From assembly GCF_009914755.1 (NCBI RefSeq), contig NC_060947.1: a stretch of 64,000 nucleotides of DNA. One strand, given 5' to 3'. The notes beneath the pieces were generated by a model. The model was not told the DNA's origin. It made no database searches and saw nothing but the letters and a program-made list of their open reading frames with translations. Positions 26,215-41,950 of the stretch are shown piece by piece; the first letter of the stretch is position 1; each line of letters starts with the position of its first letter. Source of the stretch: the human T2T-CHM13v2.0 reference genome, Homo sapiens. The position numbers and the translations under genes were made by a program.

Positions 26215-29200
26215 CCCATTTAACAAATGTTTGTTGCACATCTAATATATACCAAAGAATCATCCACATTAAGAGCACAAGAAATTGAACAAGATCAATA
26301 ATGTTCCTGCTTTGATAGTGCTTACATTCTCATACACATAGAGATTATAAACATAAAAACAAATAATTAAAGAAAAACAAAAATTGATATGAAGAATGTA
26401 AACAGGGTGACTTAGTGGGGGACTGGGAGAGGGGTAGAAGTAATTTAGATCAGATGACTTGAAAAGTTGTTACTGAGCAGGTGGAATTTGAGCTAAGACC
26501 TGAATGGCATAAAGGAATCAGGCTTGTGTGCAAACATCAAGAGGACAAATGCCTCAGGTAGAGGGAACAACCAGGGCACAGGCTTTGAAGATGAAATAAA
26601 TGTAGCGTGCTCACATAGGCCAGTGTACCTAGAATGGTTGGTGAATGAGGCGGAGAGAGGACAAGATGAGTTTGGAGATTCAGGCAGGGGCAAGATCGAG
26701 GTGAGACTTTCTGGAACATCAAGAATTTTGAATTTAGCTGTAATACAGCTTAAGATTTTAAGCTAGAGAGAGACATTATATGATTAAACATTAGAAAGAT
26801 AACGTTGGCCGCTCTATGGAAATTGGACTGTAGAGCAGCCAGCAGGAGTGCAAGTCAAAGGAGTGTATTTGTTTATTTTCACACTGCTGAAAAAGAAATA
26901 CCCGAGACTGGATAATTTATTAAAAAAAAAATGTTTAATGGACTCACATTTCCACATGGCTGGGGAGGCCTCACAATCATGGCGGAAGGCAGAAGGCATG
27001 CCTTTTGTGGCGGCAGGCAAGAGAGAATGAAGGCCAACCAAAGGAGGAAACCCCTTATAAAATCATCAGATCTCATGAGACTTATTCACTACCACGAGAA
27101 CAGTATGGGGGAAACTGCCCCATGATTCAATTATGTTCCACTGCGTCCCTCCCACAACATGTGGCCATTATGGCAGCTACAGCTCAAGATGAGATTTGAG
27201 TGGGGACTCAGCCAAACGATATCATTCCACCCCGGGCACTCTCAAATCTCATGTCCTCACATTTGAAAACCAATCATGCCTTCCCAACAGTCCCTCAAAC
27301 TCTTAACTCATTTCAGCATTCGCTTGTAAGTCCACAGTCCAAAGTCTCGTCTGAGACAAGGCAAGTTCCTTCTGCTTATGAGCGTCTAAAATCAAAAGCA
27401 AATTAGTTACTTCTGAGATACAACGGGGGTACAGGCATTGAATAAATACACCCATTGCAAATGGGAGAAATTGGCCAAAATGAAGGGGGTGAAGGCCCCA
27501 TGCAAATCTAAAATCCAGCGGGGCAGTCAAATCTTAAAGTTCCAGGTGATCTCCTTTGACTCCATGTCTCACATCCAGGTCACGCTGGTGCGAGAAGTGG
27601 GTTCCCACAGCCTTGGGCAGCTTCATCCCTCTGGCTTTGCAGGGTACAGCCTCCCTCCCAGCTGCTTTCATGGGCTGGTGTTGAGTGTTTGTGGCTTTTC
27701 TAGGTGCAAGTGCAAGCTGTCGGTGGATCTACCATTCTGGGGTCTGGTGGACGATGGCCCTCTTTTAACAGTTTCACTAGGAGTTCCCCAGTGGGGACTC
27801 TGTGTGGGGGCTTCAACCCCACATTTCCCTTCCACACTGCTCTAGCAAAAGTTCTTCATGTAGGCCCCACCCCTACAACAAATTTATGCCTGGACATCCA
27901 GGCATTTCCATACATCCTCAAAAAGCTAGGCAGAAGTTCCCAAACCTCGATTCTTGACTTCTGTGTACCCACAGGCTCAACACCACTGGGAAGCTGCCAA
28001 GGCTTGGGGCTTGTACCCTCTGAAGCCGCAGCCCGAGCTGTACCTTGGCCTTTTTTAGTCATGGCAGAGCAGCTGGTACGCAGGGCACCAAGTCCGTAGG
28101 CTGCACACAAAAGGGGGGCCTTGGGCGCAGCCCAGGAAATCATGTTTTCCACTTAGGCCTCCAGGCCTGTGATCAGAGGGGCTGCCACAAAGGTCTCTGA
28201 CATGCCCTGGAGACATTTTCCCCATGGTCTTGGCTATTAACATTTGGTTCCTCGTTACTTATGCAAATTTCTGCAGCTGGCTTGAATTTATTCTCAGAAA
28301 ATGTGTTTTTCTTTTCTATTGCGTCATCAGCTGTAAATTTTCTGAACGTTTATACTGTTTTCCTTTTAAAACTGAATGCTTTTTACAACACCCAAGTCAC
28401 CTCTTGAATGCTTTGCTGCTTAGAAATTTCTTCTGCCAGATAGATACCCTAAATCATCTCCCTCAAGTTCAAAGTTCCACAAATCTCTAGGCAAAGGCAA
28501 AATGCTACCAGATTCTTTGCTAGAACAGCAAGAGTCACCTTTACTCCAGTTCCCAACAAGTTCCTCATCTTCATGTGAGACCACCTTAGCATATATTTTA
28601 TTATTTATATCATTATCAGCATTTTGGTCAAAGCCATTCAACAAGTCTATAGGAAGGTCCAAACTTTCTCACATTTTCCTGTCTTCCTCTGAGCCCTCCA
28701 AACTGTTCCAACCTCCCCCTTTTACCCAGTTCTGAAGTCACTTCCACATTTTCAGGTATGTTTACAGCAGTGTCACACTCTACCAGTACAAATTTACTGT
28801 ATTAGTTTGTTTTTATGCTGCTGATAAAGCCATACCGAACACTGGGTAATTTATACAGAAAATGAGGTTTAATGGACTCACATTTCCACATGGCTGGGGA
28901 GGCCTTCCAATCATGGTGGAAGGCTGAAGTCACATCTTATATGACAGCAGACAAAAGAGAATGAAAGCCAGCGAAAGGGGAAACCCCTTATAAAATCATC
29001 AGATCTCCTGAGACTTATTCGCTACCACAAGAACAGTATAAGTGAAACTGCCCCTGTGATTCAATTATCTTTCACGGGGTCCTCCCACAACACGTGGGCA
29101 TTATGGGAGCTACAATGCAATATGAGATTTGGGTGGGGACACGGCCAAAGCATATCAAGGAGCAATTAGAAGACTGTTACAATTATTTAGACAAAAGATG

Positions 29201-29410
29201 ATGATGACTTAGACTGGACTTATAGCTGCAGAGATAAAGAGAAGTGGATGGATTTGGGATATATATTTTAGAGGTAGAGCAAATAGGACTTGGTAATGCA
29301 TTGGATATGGAGGCAAGAATAAAGTAGATGGCAATGGTAATCCCCAAGTATTGGGTACATGATACCAGGTACCTAGGTGGTATAATTTACTAAGATAGGG
29401 AGGAGTAGAA
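26215..29410 (-). mobile_element. L2 fragment (26215-26863 and 29158-29410) split by THE1B
   Basis: TTTAACAAATGTTTGTTGCACATCTAATAT, TTTGAGCTAAGACCTGAATG, TTAGAAGACTGTTACAATTATTTAGACAAAAGATGATG. Confidence 0.82.
26864..29157 (-). mobile_element. Full-length THE1B MaLR provirus (LTR 26864-27224, internal, LTR 28798-29157)
   Basis: Two antisense THE1 LTRs, each ending in a close variant of GATTTGGGTGGGGACACAGCCAAACCATATCA. Exact TSD AGGAG at 26859-26863 and 29158-29162. Confidence 0.95.
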
Positions 29411-31536
29411 ATAGCAGAGGCATTTTCTCACTCTTTCACTGCCTCCCCCGGGAGAAATCTACTGTGGCCTTGTCAATAACAATGAACTTGTATTATTAAC
29501 ACAAGTAATGACAGTGGCAACTATTTCACAGCGGTGTTGAAATTTGTGTGCGTGTGCATGTGTGTGTGTTTGCCTGTGTGTGAAAAACAGTTGTGCAGAA
29601 GTCACTGTTTTCCACTCATCTCTGGTTCTGCCTTCTCTTCCTTTTATTAGTATTTAGCAAGTAAGCAAGCTCAGGATGGGTGACGAGTGATTCCTGTGGG
29701 ACTTAGACCCCTGAAGTGTAGGCAGAGACTGTGAACATTAAGGGAGATCACTCCTGTGATTATGTTACTCTGCATGAAAAAAGGTAAAAATCTCTTGTTC
29801 CACAACTTACTATCTATGCGACCTTAATTGACATAGCTCAGGTGACTGAAGCTGCATGTTGAGACTAGTAGAGTTGCCTGTAAGGTTAAGAGACTGCTCT
29901 CATTTCCCTAAGAGGTGTGTGTGTGTATGTGTGCGGTGCGCACACAGATTGTGAACACACAGTTCACAATCATTAGATTTGCATTGAGCCCAGAGTAGTG
30001 TTTAAGTGCCACTTCTGGAAATGTAGCAGATCTCTGTACCAGAGTGCTGGTCATTGAGATCTGTCACTGATATGATTGAAGATGCCAGAGTCTTTGGTAT
30101 AGGGGGCTAAACCCAGACAGAAACAGAAGCTGACTTATAACTTTAGTAAGGAACATAGCCATCTTGTATTGTCTGGGGACGTGGATATTCTGGGATGTCC
30201 AGGGAAAATGGGTTTCCTCTGTTTCAGAGCTCTATAAATTCAGACTTTTTTTTGAAGAGCCTTCTGGATCTTATAAAAGTCATTGGTAAACATGTTGAAT
30301 AGCATAGTGCACAGGGGCGCTGTGCCAAAATCCCACTTAAAAACCTTTGAGACCAAAGCTTTAGTAAGATGTTTCATTTATTTAAGTTTTTTTTTTAACA
30401 CTCTATTTTTTTAGAACAGTTTTAGGTTCTCAAGCCTCCCAAAATTAATCTGTAAATTCACCTGGTTTAAAAATATTTTTAGCAAAGCAAAGGGGCAAAT
30501 AGTAGTTAAGACAATTTTGGAGAAAAAGATGAATGACTTACCTTATCAGACAAATCATCTGAATTCCATCATCATATTTTTCAATTGATACATAATATTT
30601 GTACATATGTTTGGGGTATTTTTGATATTTCATTACGTGCATAGATGTATAATGCTCAAGTCAAGATATTTAGGATAACCATCACCTTGAGCATTTATCA
30701 TTTCTATGTGTTGGGAACATTTCAAGACCTCTCTTCTAGCTATTTTGAAATATACAACACGTTGTTAACTATAGTCACATTACTCTCTATCAACCAATAG
30801 AAATTATTCTTTCTATCTAACTGTATGTTTGCACACATTAACAAACCTCTCTTTTGCCCCCTCCTGCCACACACCCTTACCAGTCTCTGGGAACAATCAT
30901 TCTACTCTCTACCTCCATGAGATTAACTGTTTTAGCTCCCACATATGAATGAGAACATGCAATATTTGTCTTTTTGTACCTGGCTTATTTCACTTAATAT
31001 AATGATCTGCAGTTTCCTCCATGTTTCTGCAAATGACAGGATTTTATTATTTGCATGGCTGAATAGTATTCTATTGTGTACATATGTCACATTTTCATTA
31101 TCCATTCACCTGTTGATGGAAACAGGTTGATTCCATTTCTTTGCTATTGTGAATAGTGCTACAATTAAATGGGGGTACAGGTGTGCTTTTGATATGCTGA
31201 GATTTTCTTCGGTAAATACCCAGTAGTGGGAATGCTGAATCTTATTGGTAGTTCCATTTTTAGTTTTGTTTTTTTTTATAAATCTCCATATTGTTTTCCA
31301 TAATAGCTGTATTAATTTACATTTCCACAAACAAATCTCCACATCCTCACCAGCATCTAATTTTTTTTTGTATTTTTGATACTAGCCGTTCTAAGTGGTG
31401 TAAGATAATATTTCATTGCAGTTTTGATTTACATTTTCTGATGTTTAGAGATGTCAAGCATTTTTTTTTCATATGCCTGTTGGATGTTTGTATGTTTTCC
31501 TTTGAGAAATTTCTATTCAGATCATTTGCCTACTTT

Positions 31537-31825
31537 TTTTGTTAGACAGAGTCTCACTCTGTTGCCCAGGCTAGAGTGTGGTCATGCTATCTCGGCTCAG
31601 TGCAGCTTCAATTTCCTGGGCTCTCACCTCAGCCTCCCAAGTAGGTGAGACTACAGTTTCATACCACCACACCTGGCTTTTTTTTTTTCTTTCTTTTTTT
31701 TTTTTTGTAGAGACAGGGTTTCGCCATGGTGGCCACGCTGGTCTTGAACTCCTAAGCTCAAGCAATCCGTCTGCCTGGGCCTCCCAAAGTGCTGGAGTTA
31801 CAGTCATGGACCACCATGCCTGGCC
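31537..31825 (-). mobile_element. AluJ
   Basis: Diverged antisense dimer. TSD CATTTGCC(T/C)ACTTT. Confidence 0.92.
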
Positions 31826-31924
31826 CATTTGCCCACTTTATAATGAACTAATTTATGGGGTATTTTGGCTGTTGTTTGAATTCCTTATATTTTCTGCATA
31901 TTTAGTCCCTTGTCAGATGAATAG

Positions 31925-32393
<469 letters not shown>

Positions 32394-32953
32394 CCCTTAT
32401 GTTTTTTTTTTTTTTTTTTCAAGTGGTTTTATAGTTTGGAATCTCATGTTAAAGTGTTTAATTTAGTTTGAATTGATTTTGTCACATGGTGAGAGATAGG
32501 GGTCTAGTTTCATTCTTCTGCCTTTGGATATCTATTTTTCCCAGCACCATTTATTGAAGAGGGTATCCTTTTTTCAGTGTATGTTCTTGGCATCTTGGTA
32601 AACAGATAGCTGTGAATTTGTGGATTTATTTCTGGATTCTCTATCCTGTTACATTGGACTACATGTCTGTTTCTATACCAACGCCATGCTATTTTGGTTA
32701 CTATAGTCTTAAAATATATTTTGAAATCAGGTAATGTGATTCCTCTAGCATTGTTCTTTTTGCTCAGGATTGCTTTGGCTATTTGGGCTCTTTTTTGGTT
32801 TTATACAAATTACAAGCTTGTTTCTTTTTCTATTTCTATGAAAAACATCACTGATATTTTGATAGGGAAGGCACTGAATATGTAGATTTCTTTGAATTGA
32901 ACGGTAATTTTAACAATATTAAGTCTTCTTATTCATGAGCATGGGATGTCTTT

Positions 32954-34952
<1,999 letters not shown>

Positions 34953-37486
34953 TAAATTTAGTCCTAGGTATTTTATTCTTGTAGCTATTGTAAATGGGAT
35001 TTCCTCCTTGTTTTCCATCTCAGCTAGATCATTATTTGTATGTAGAAACACTATTGATTTTTGTATGTTGATCATGTATCCTGCAACTATCCTGAATTTG
35101 CTTATCTGATCTGAGTTTTGTGGTTATGTCTTTAGGTTTTTCTAAATATAAGATCATGTCATCTGCAAAGAGAGACGATTTGACATCCCCATTTTCCAAT
35201 TTGGATGCTCTTTATTTCCTTCTCTTGCCTGATTGCTCTGGCTAAGACTTCCGTTTCATTGTTGAATAGGAGTACTGAAAGTAGGCATCCTTACATTCTT
35301 CCAGTATTTAGAGAACAAGTTTTCAGCTTTTCCTCATTCACTGTGATGTTAGCTGTGGTTTTATCATATATGGTCTTTATTATGTTGAGCTATGTTCAGT
35401 TTTTATTGTGAAATGATACTGAATTTTATCAAATGATTTTACTGCAGTGGTGGAGATGATCATATAATACTGATTTTTGTTCTGTTAATTCGATGTAACA
35501 TATTTGTTGATTTGTTTACCATGAACCATCCTTGCATCTCTGAAATAAATACCACTTTATCATGGTATGTTATCTTTTTATGCGAAGTTGAATTTGGTTT
35601 ACTAATGTTGAGGATTTTTACATTTAGGTTTTTCAGGGATATCGATCCATAGTTTTCCTTTTTTGTTGCATGCATGTCTGGTTTTGGTGTTAGGGTAATA
35701 CTAGACTCATAAAAAGATGTAAGGAGAATTCTTTCCTCTTCAATTTTTTTGAAATAATTTCAGGATAATTGGTGTTAGTTCTTCTTTATAAGTTTGGTAG
35801 AATTCAGCTTTTCCATTGGTAGCAGATGTTTTTGGCCTATTCTTTGGCCTTCTGGTGGTGAACACATGGGCCTGAGGTGATGGACAGTGTGTGGTGATTC
35901 CCAGGTTCCCGGGTGGCATGCTTGGGTACTGAGGTGGCGAGGTGCCAGCCCAAGTGGTCATATTCTCAGGTCCCCCAGTGGTGTGCACAAGTCAGGTGGT
36001 GGTGTACTGGACAGAGCAATCTCCAGGCCACCTGGCTACATGCTTAGATGGCAGAAGTGGTGGTAGCAATGGAGGTGGGCAGGGAGAGCCCACCCTTAGG
36101 GCACATGCCAGTGTACTGTGGCCCTGTTTCTGGTGGGGGTGGGATTGCCTGTCTCAGCATCCCCAGAGAAGTAGCTTTCAGGCTCTGGGGGGGCCTGTAC
36201 TTTAACTCTTTTTGTCCTGAGTGCATCCTTTCCAGTCCACTGCACTGCCAGTTGTTTGGGGTTTCTGACATCGTGTGGTCTAAAGTGTTGGGAAACAGCC
36301 AAACTACTGAGTCCAGTCAGCATCATGCTGCTGCAGCCCTCTAGGCAAACATGGGGAAAAGTCAGTGGGGGCTCCAGGGATGTAGTGAGGCAGGGGCTGT
36401 TGGACCCCAAGGCAGGATGTATCCTGGTGGGGTGGGGCTCTGAAAATGCCAATGTACTCCGGATACTTGGGTCTTGGGGTATATCTGGGACCAAGTGTGA
36501 TCTCCTTCCTTGGAGCAATATCATCATAAATATTCCAGGAAGATACCTATATTAGTCTCAGGGCCTGCAAGGGTCGAGGTACTCTCTTATGGCAGGATTT
36601 CAAGAGTTTATAGTGAAAATGTGGACCACTGGAAATCTGTCACTTACCTTTTCCTTGCACTAGGGGCTCTCTCTGGGCTGCCAGCCAATTCCAGCCAGGC
36701 CAGCTGCCTTATGTCCTTCTCCTTCCTTGCCTTAGGTGTTTCCTGTCACTTCTCTGCTGAATTCCAGTGTTCTCTCTCAGATGCTCTATGTGAAGTGTGA
36801 CTATTTACTATTTTGGTTCTTCTTTGTGGATAAAGTAAGTGCCAAATGACTCTAGTCAGCCATCTTTAGATTTTTATTTTTAATGAAGACCAGCTTAATA
36901 ATTCTTTCAGGGTTTATGCCTTTCATATTGTATCCAAAAAGTCATCATAAATCTCAAAATCATCAAGATTTTCTCCTGTTTTCTAGCAATTTTATAGTTT
37001 TGCATTTTACATTTAGGCCTGTGATCCATCAGAGTTAGTTCATGTGAATGGTGTAACATCTATATGTAGAGTCATGGTTTTGCACGTGGATGTCCAGTTG
37101 TTACAGCATCATCTGTTGAAAAGACTATATTAGCTACATTGTATTGCCTTTGCTATTTTTTCAAAGATAGGTTGACTATATTTATGTGGGTCCGTTTCTG
37201 GGATCTCTATTCTGTTCTATTCATCTACGTGTCTATACTTTCAGCAATACCACACTGTTTTGCTTACTCTAGCTTTATAATGAATCTTGAAGACAGATAC
37301 TGTCACTCTTCAAATTTTGTTCTTCTCCTTCAATATTTTGCTAATAATTCTGTGTCTTTTGTCTCTACATATGAACTTTAGAGTCAATATCCACAAAATA
37401 ACTTCCGGGATTTTGACTAGGATTGTACTAAACCTATAGATCAGTTTGGGAAGAACTAACAATTAGAGTGTATTTAATTTTCCTTT

Positions 37487-38039
37487 TGTTAGGGAGGCAT
37501 GAACCTAGAAGAACCAGAGTGACATCACCTTAAAATTCACTTCATCTTGAAACTAACAAGGCATATTGCTTGCCAGTCAGAACTCATGGTGTTAAGATGT
37601 TTACAGCTAAGGAAGCTGCTTGGTAATAACTCCCAAGGACAAACTCTTACAACAACAGAAAGTCCAGATGTCCCAATACACATAACAATATATATTTTCA
37701 AGATAATTATAGTTATGATTTGAAGTACTCACACACTACAATATCAGAAGTAATTTTATTTAAATCAATAGAATAAGAAGTTTTGTCATGCTGTCAGCCC
37801 ACCTGCACGTAAGGACAGCATAATTTAGTCTTTACATAGATAAGACCCCTATGTAAGAACAACTTAACAATGGCATGTTCCTCTCCTTGCTTCCTAAGGA
37901 TACCCTACTCTGTAAAGGAGTAGTTACTAATAAACTTGCTTCTTTTACTGTGCTCTGTGATTCATCGTTAATGCTTTTCTGTGCAAGAGCCAAGAACATG
38001 CTCCTGGGATCTAGATCAAGACCCCTTTTTCCAGTAACA
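37487..38039 (+). mobile_element. MER41-family ERV1 solo LTR
   Basis: TG...CA termini, AATAAA, and a MER41-type end CCAAGAACATGCTCCTGGGATCTAGATCAAGACCCCTTTTTCCAGTAACA. Exact 4-bp TSD CTTT. Confidence 0.85.
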
Positions 38040-38156
38040 CTTTCTATTAACATAAAATATATCTCCAATTACTGAGTTCTTTTTTATTTCTTTCAGATAG
38101 CTCTTGTACTTATCTTGCTAGATTTATACCTAAGTATTTCATTGTTTGCATTTAGT

Positions 38157-38323
38157 TGTTTTTCGAGAGTTGATATCTCACTGTGTTGCCCAGGTTGGAG
38201 TGCAGGGGTTATTCACAGATGCCATTATAATGCAATGTGACCCTGAACTTCCGTCTCCAAGAGATCCTCCCATCTCAGCCTCCCAAGTAGCTAAGACTAC
38301 AGGTATAGGCCACCACACTCAGC
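38157..38323 (-). mobile_element. FAM (fossil Alu monomer)
   Basis: Single monomer with the 7SL-derived GGTTATTCACAG segment absent from dimeric Alus. Confidence 0.8.
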
Positions 38324-41300
38324 AGTATTTTATATTTTGTGCAAATGTAAATGTTTTTATGTTTTAAATTTCAAATTCCACTTTTTCATTTCTGGTATTT
38401 GCTTTTGCATGTTAACCTTACCCTGAAACCTTGTTATAATTGCTTATTAGTTTTAGTTTTTGTTGTTGTGGATTCTTTTAGATTTTTCCATAGATGATAA
38501 TGTCGCCTGCAAACAAAGACAGTTTTATTTCTTCCCAATCAGTATACCTTTTACTTCCTTTTCTTGTCATTGTGTTAGCTAAGACTTCCAGTATAATCTT
38601 GACAACAAGTAGTGAGAGGGGATGTCCTTTGCTTGTTCCTAACCTTAGGGAAAAAGCTTCTAATTTCTTCCTGTTAATAATGATGTTAGCTCTAGGTTTT
38701 TTGTAGATATTCTTTACCAAGTTAGGAAGTTCCCTTTTATTCCTAGTTTGCTGAATGTTTTCATTATGAACGGGTTTGGATTTTATCAAGTACATTTTGT
38801 GCATCTATACATATAATCGTGATTTTTCTTCTTTAGCTTACTAATGTGATGGCTTACATTGATTTTCTAATGTTGAACCAGCCTTGCACACCTGTTCGTG
38901 GTGTTCAACTCTTTTCATACATTGTGAGTTTCAATATGCTAATATTTTGTTTAGGAATTTTGCATCTATGCTTATGAAACTTAATCGTCTATAGTTTTTT
39001 TTTCTGGTAAAATATATTTCTCTTGTTTTGGTATTAGGATGGTGCTAGGCTCATAGAATTAGTTAGAAAGTATTCCCTCTGCTTCTGTCTTATGAAAGAG
39101 CTTCTGAAGAATTGGTATAATTTCTTCCTTTAGTGTTTGTTAGAATTCATCAGTCAACCTATCTTGGCCTGGTGCTTTCTTTTTGGAAGGTTCTAAATTA
39201 TTAATTTATAGGAAAGAGAAAGATAAAGGGCATAAAAATAGGAAGAGAGGAAATCAAACTATCCCAGTTGGCAGACAACATGATTCTGCGTCTAGAAAAC
39301 TTTATTGTCTCAGGCCAAAACTTCCTTTAGCAGAAAATCAACTTCAGCAAACATTCAGGATACAAAATAAATATAGAAAAATCACTAGCTTTCCTATACA
39401 CCAACAACAGCAAAGCTGAGAGTCAAAAAGAAACACAATCCCATTCAGAATTGCCACAGAAGAAAAAAAAATTAGAATACAGCTAACCAAGGAGGTGAGA
39501 GATCTTTACAGTGAGAATTACAAAACACTGCACAAAGAAATCAGAGATGTCACAAATAAATGGAAAAACATTTCATGCTCATAGATTGGAAGAATCAATA
39601 TGATTAAAATGGTAATACTGCCCAAAGCAATTTATAGGTGTAGTGCTATTCCTATCAAACTACCAATGACATTCTTCACAGAACTAAAATAAAAACTATT
39701 TTAAAATTTATGACTGAAAACCAAAGCAAAAAAGAGCTCAACTTAGCCAAAGCAATTCTAAGCAAAAAAAAAGGCTGAAGGCATCACACTATCCAACTTC
39801 AAACTATACTACAGGACTACAGTAACCAAAAAAAGTATGGTACCGGCACAGAAACAGATACATAGATCAATGCAACAGAATAGAGAGCTCAGAAATAAAG
39901 CCACAAACCTACAACTGTCTGATCTTTGACAAAGCTGACAAAAACAAAGACACCCTATTCCATAAATGGTGCTGGGATAACTGGCTAGCCATACATAGAA
40001 GATTGAAACAGGATCCTTTCCTTATACCATATGCAAAAATAAATTCAAGATGGATTAAAGACTTAAATGTAAAACCCAAACCTATAGAAACCCTGGAAGA
40101 CAACCTAAGCGATACCATTCTGGACTTAGGAATGAGCCAAGATTTCATGACAAAGTTGTCAAAAGCAATCACAACAGCAAAAAAATGATAAGTTGAATCT
40201 AATTAAAGAGCTTCTGCAGAGAAAAAAACTATCAAAAGAGTAAGCTTACAACCTACAGAATGGGAGAAAATATTTGTAAACTATGCACCTGACAAAGGTT
40301 TAATATATACCATCCATAAGTAACTTAAACATATTTATAAGAAAAGACATACAATTCCAGTAAAAAGTGGGCAAAGGACATGAACAGACACTTTTCACAA
40401 GAAGACATACATGTGACCAACAAGCATATGAAGAAAAGCTTAATATCACTGATCATTAGAGAAATACAAATAAAAACCACAATGAGATACCATCTCACAT
40501 CAGTCAGAATGACTATTATTAAAAGTGTAAAATAACAGATGCTGATGTGAGTGTGGAGAAAAGGGAGCAATTATACACTGTTGTTAGGAGTCGAAATTAG
40601 TTCAAACATTATGGAAAACAAGGTGGCAATTTCTCAAAGACCTAAAAAAAGGAACTATCCTTCAACCCAGCAACCCCATTACAAGGAATTTACCCAAAGG
40701 AATATAAGCCATTCTACCATAAAGACACATAAATGCATATGTTTATCACAACATTCACAACACTATTCACACTATTCACAATAGTGAAGAGTGAATATTA
40801 TGACATTGTAATAATGTTGTAATATTGTGAATATTACAACACTATTCACAATAGCAGAAACATTGGATCAAACTAAGTGTCCATCAGTGGCAGTTTGGAT
40901 AAAGAAAATCTGGTGGTTTCCATTCCAAGATGCCCAAATAGGAATAGCTCTGGTCTGCAGCTACCAGCGTGATCGATGTAGAAGATGGGTGATTTCTGAA
41001 TTTGCAACTGAGGTACCTGGTTCATCTCACTGGGACTGGTTGGACAGTGGGTGCAGCCCATGGAGGGTGAGCTGAAGCAGGGTGGGGCATCACCTCACCC
41101 GGGAAGCGCAAGGGGTCAGGGGATTTCCCTTTCCTAGTCAAGGGAACCTGGGACAGACTGTACCTGGAAAAATGGGACACTTCCACCCAAATACTGCACT
41201 TTTCCCATGGTCTTAGCAACTGGCAGACCAGGAGATTCTCTCCCCTGCCTCCTTGACAGGTCCCACGCCCACGGAGCCTGGCTCACTGCTACTGCAGCAG

Positions 41301-41950
41301 TCTGAGATTGACGTGTGAGGCTGAGCCTGGCAGGGGAGGGGCGTCCACCATTGGTGAGGCTTGAGTAGGTAAACAAAGTGGCCAGGAAGCTCAAACTGGG
41401 CAGAGTCCACTGCAGCTCAGCAAGGCCTACTGCCTCTATAGACTCCACCTCTGTGGGCAGTGCATAGCTGAACAAAAGGCAGCAGAAACTTCTGCAGACT
41501 TAAACGTCCCTGTCTGACAGCTCTGAAGAGAGCAGTGGTTCTCTCAGCATGACGTCTGAGCTCTGAGAACGGACAGACTGCCTCCTCAAGTGGGTCCCTC
41601 ACCCCCATGTAGCTAAACTAGGAGACACCTCCCAGTAGGGGCCGACAGACACCTCATACAGACAGGTGTCCCTCTTGGATGAAGCTTCCAGAGAAAGGAT
41701 CAGGCAGCAATATTTACTGTTCTGCAGTATTTGCTGTTCTGCAGCGTCTGCTGGTGATACCCAGGCAAACAGGGTCTGGAGTGGACCTCGAGCAAACTCC
41801 AACAGACCTGCAGCTAAGGGACCTGACTGTTAGAGGGAAAACTAGCAAACAGAAAGGAATAGCATCAACATCAACAAAAAGGACATCTACAACAAACCCC
41901 CATCTGTAGGTCACCAACATCAAAGACCAAAGGTAGATAAAAACACAAAG

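Noticed and set aside
37487-38039. MER41-family LTR as an interferon-inducible STAT1 enhancer
   Set aside because: I did not see a TTCNNNGAA GAS motif in this copy, and it resembles an older MER41 subfamily rather than MER41B.
41130-41351. L1 ORF0 on the antisense strand of the L1PA6 5'UTR
   Set aside because: ORF0-like peptides (ISDCC...SVGVGP) are visible, but the ATG at 41351 frameshifts and stops after 20 codons (MVDAPPLPGSASHVNLRLLQ*).
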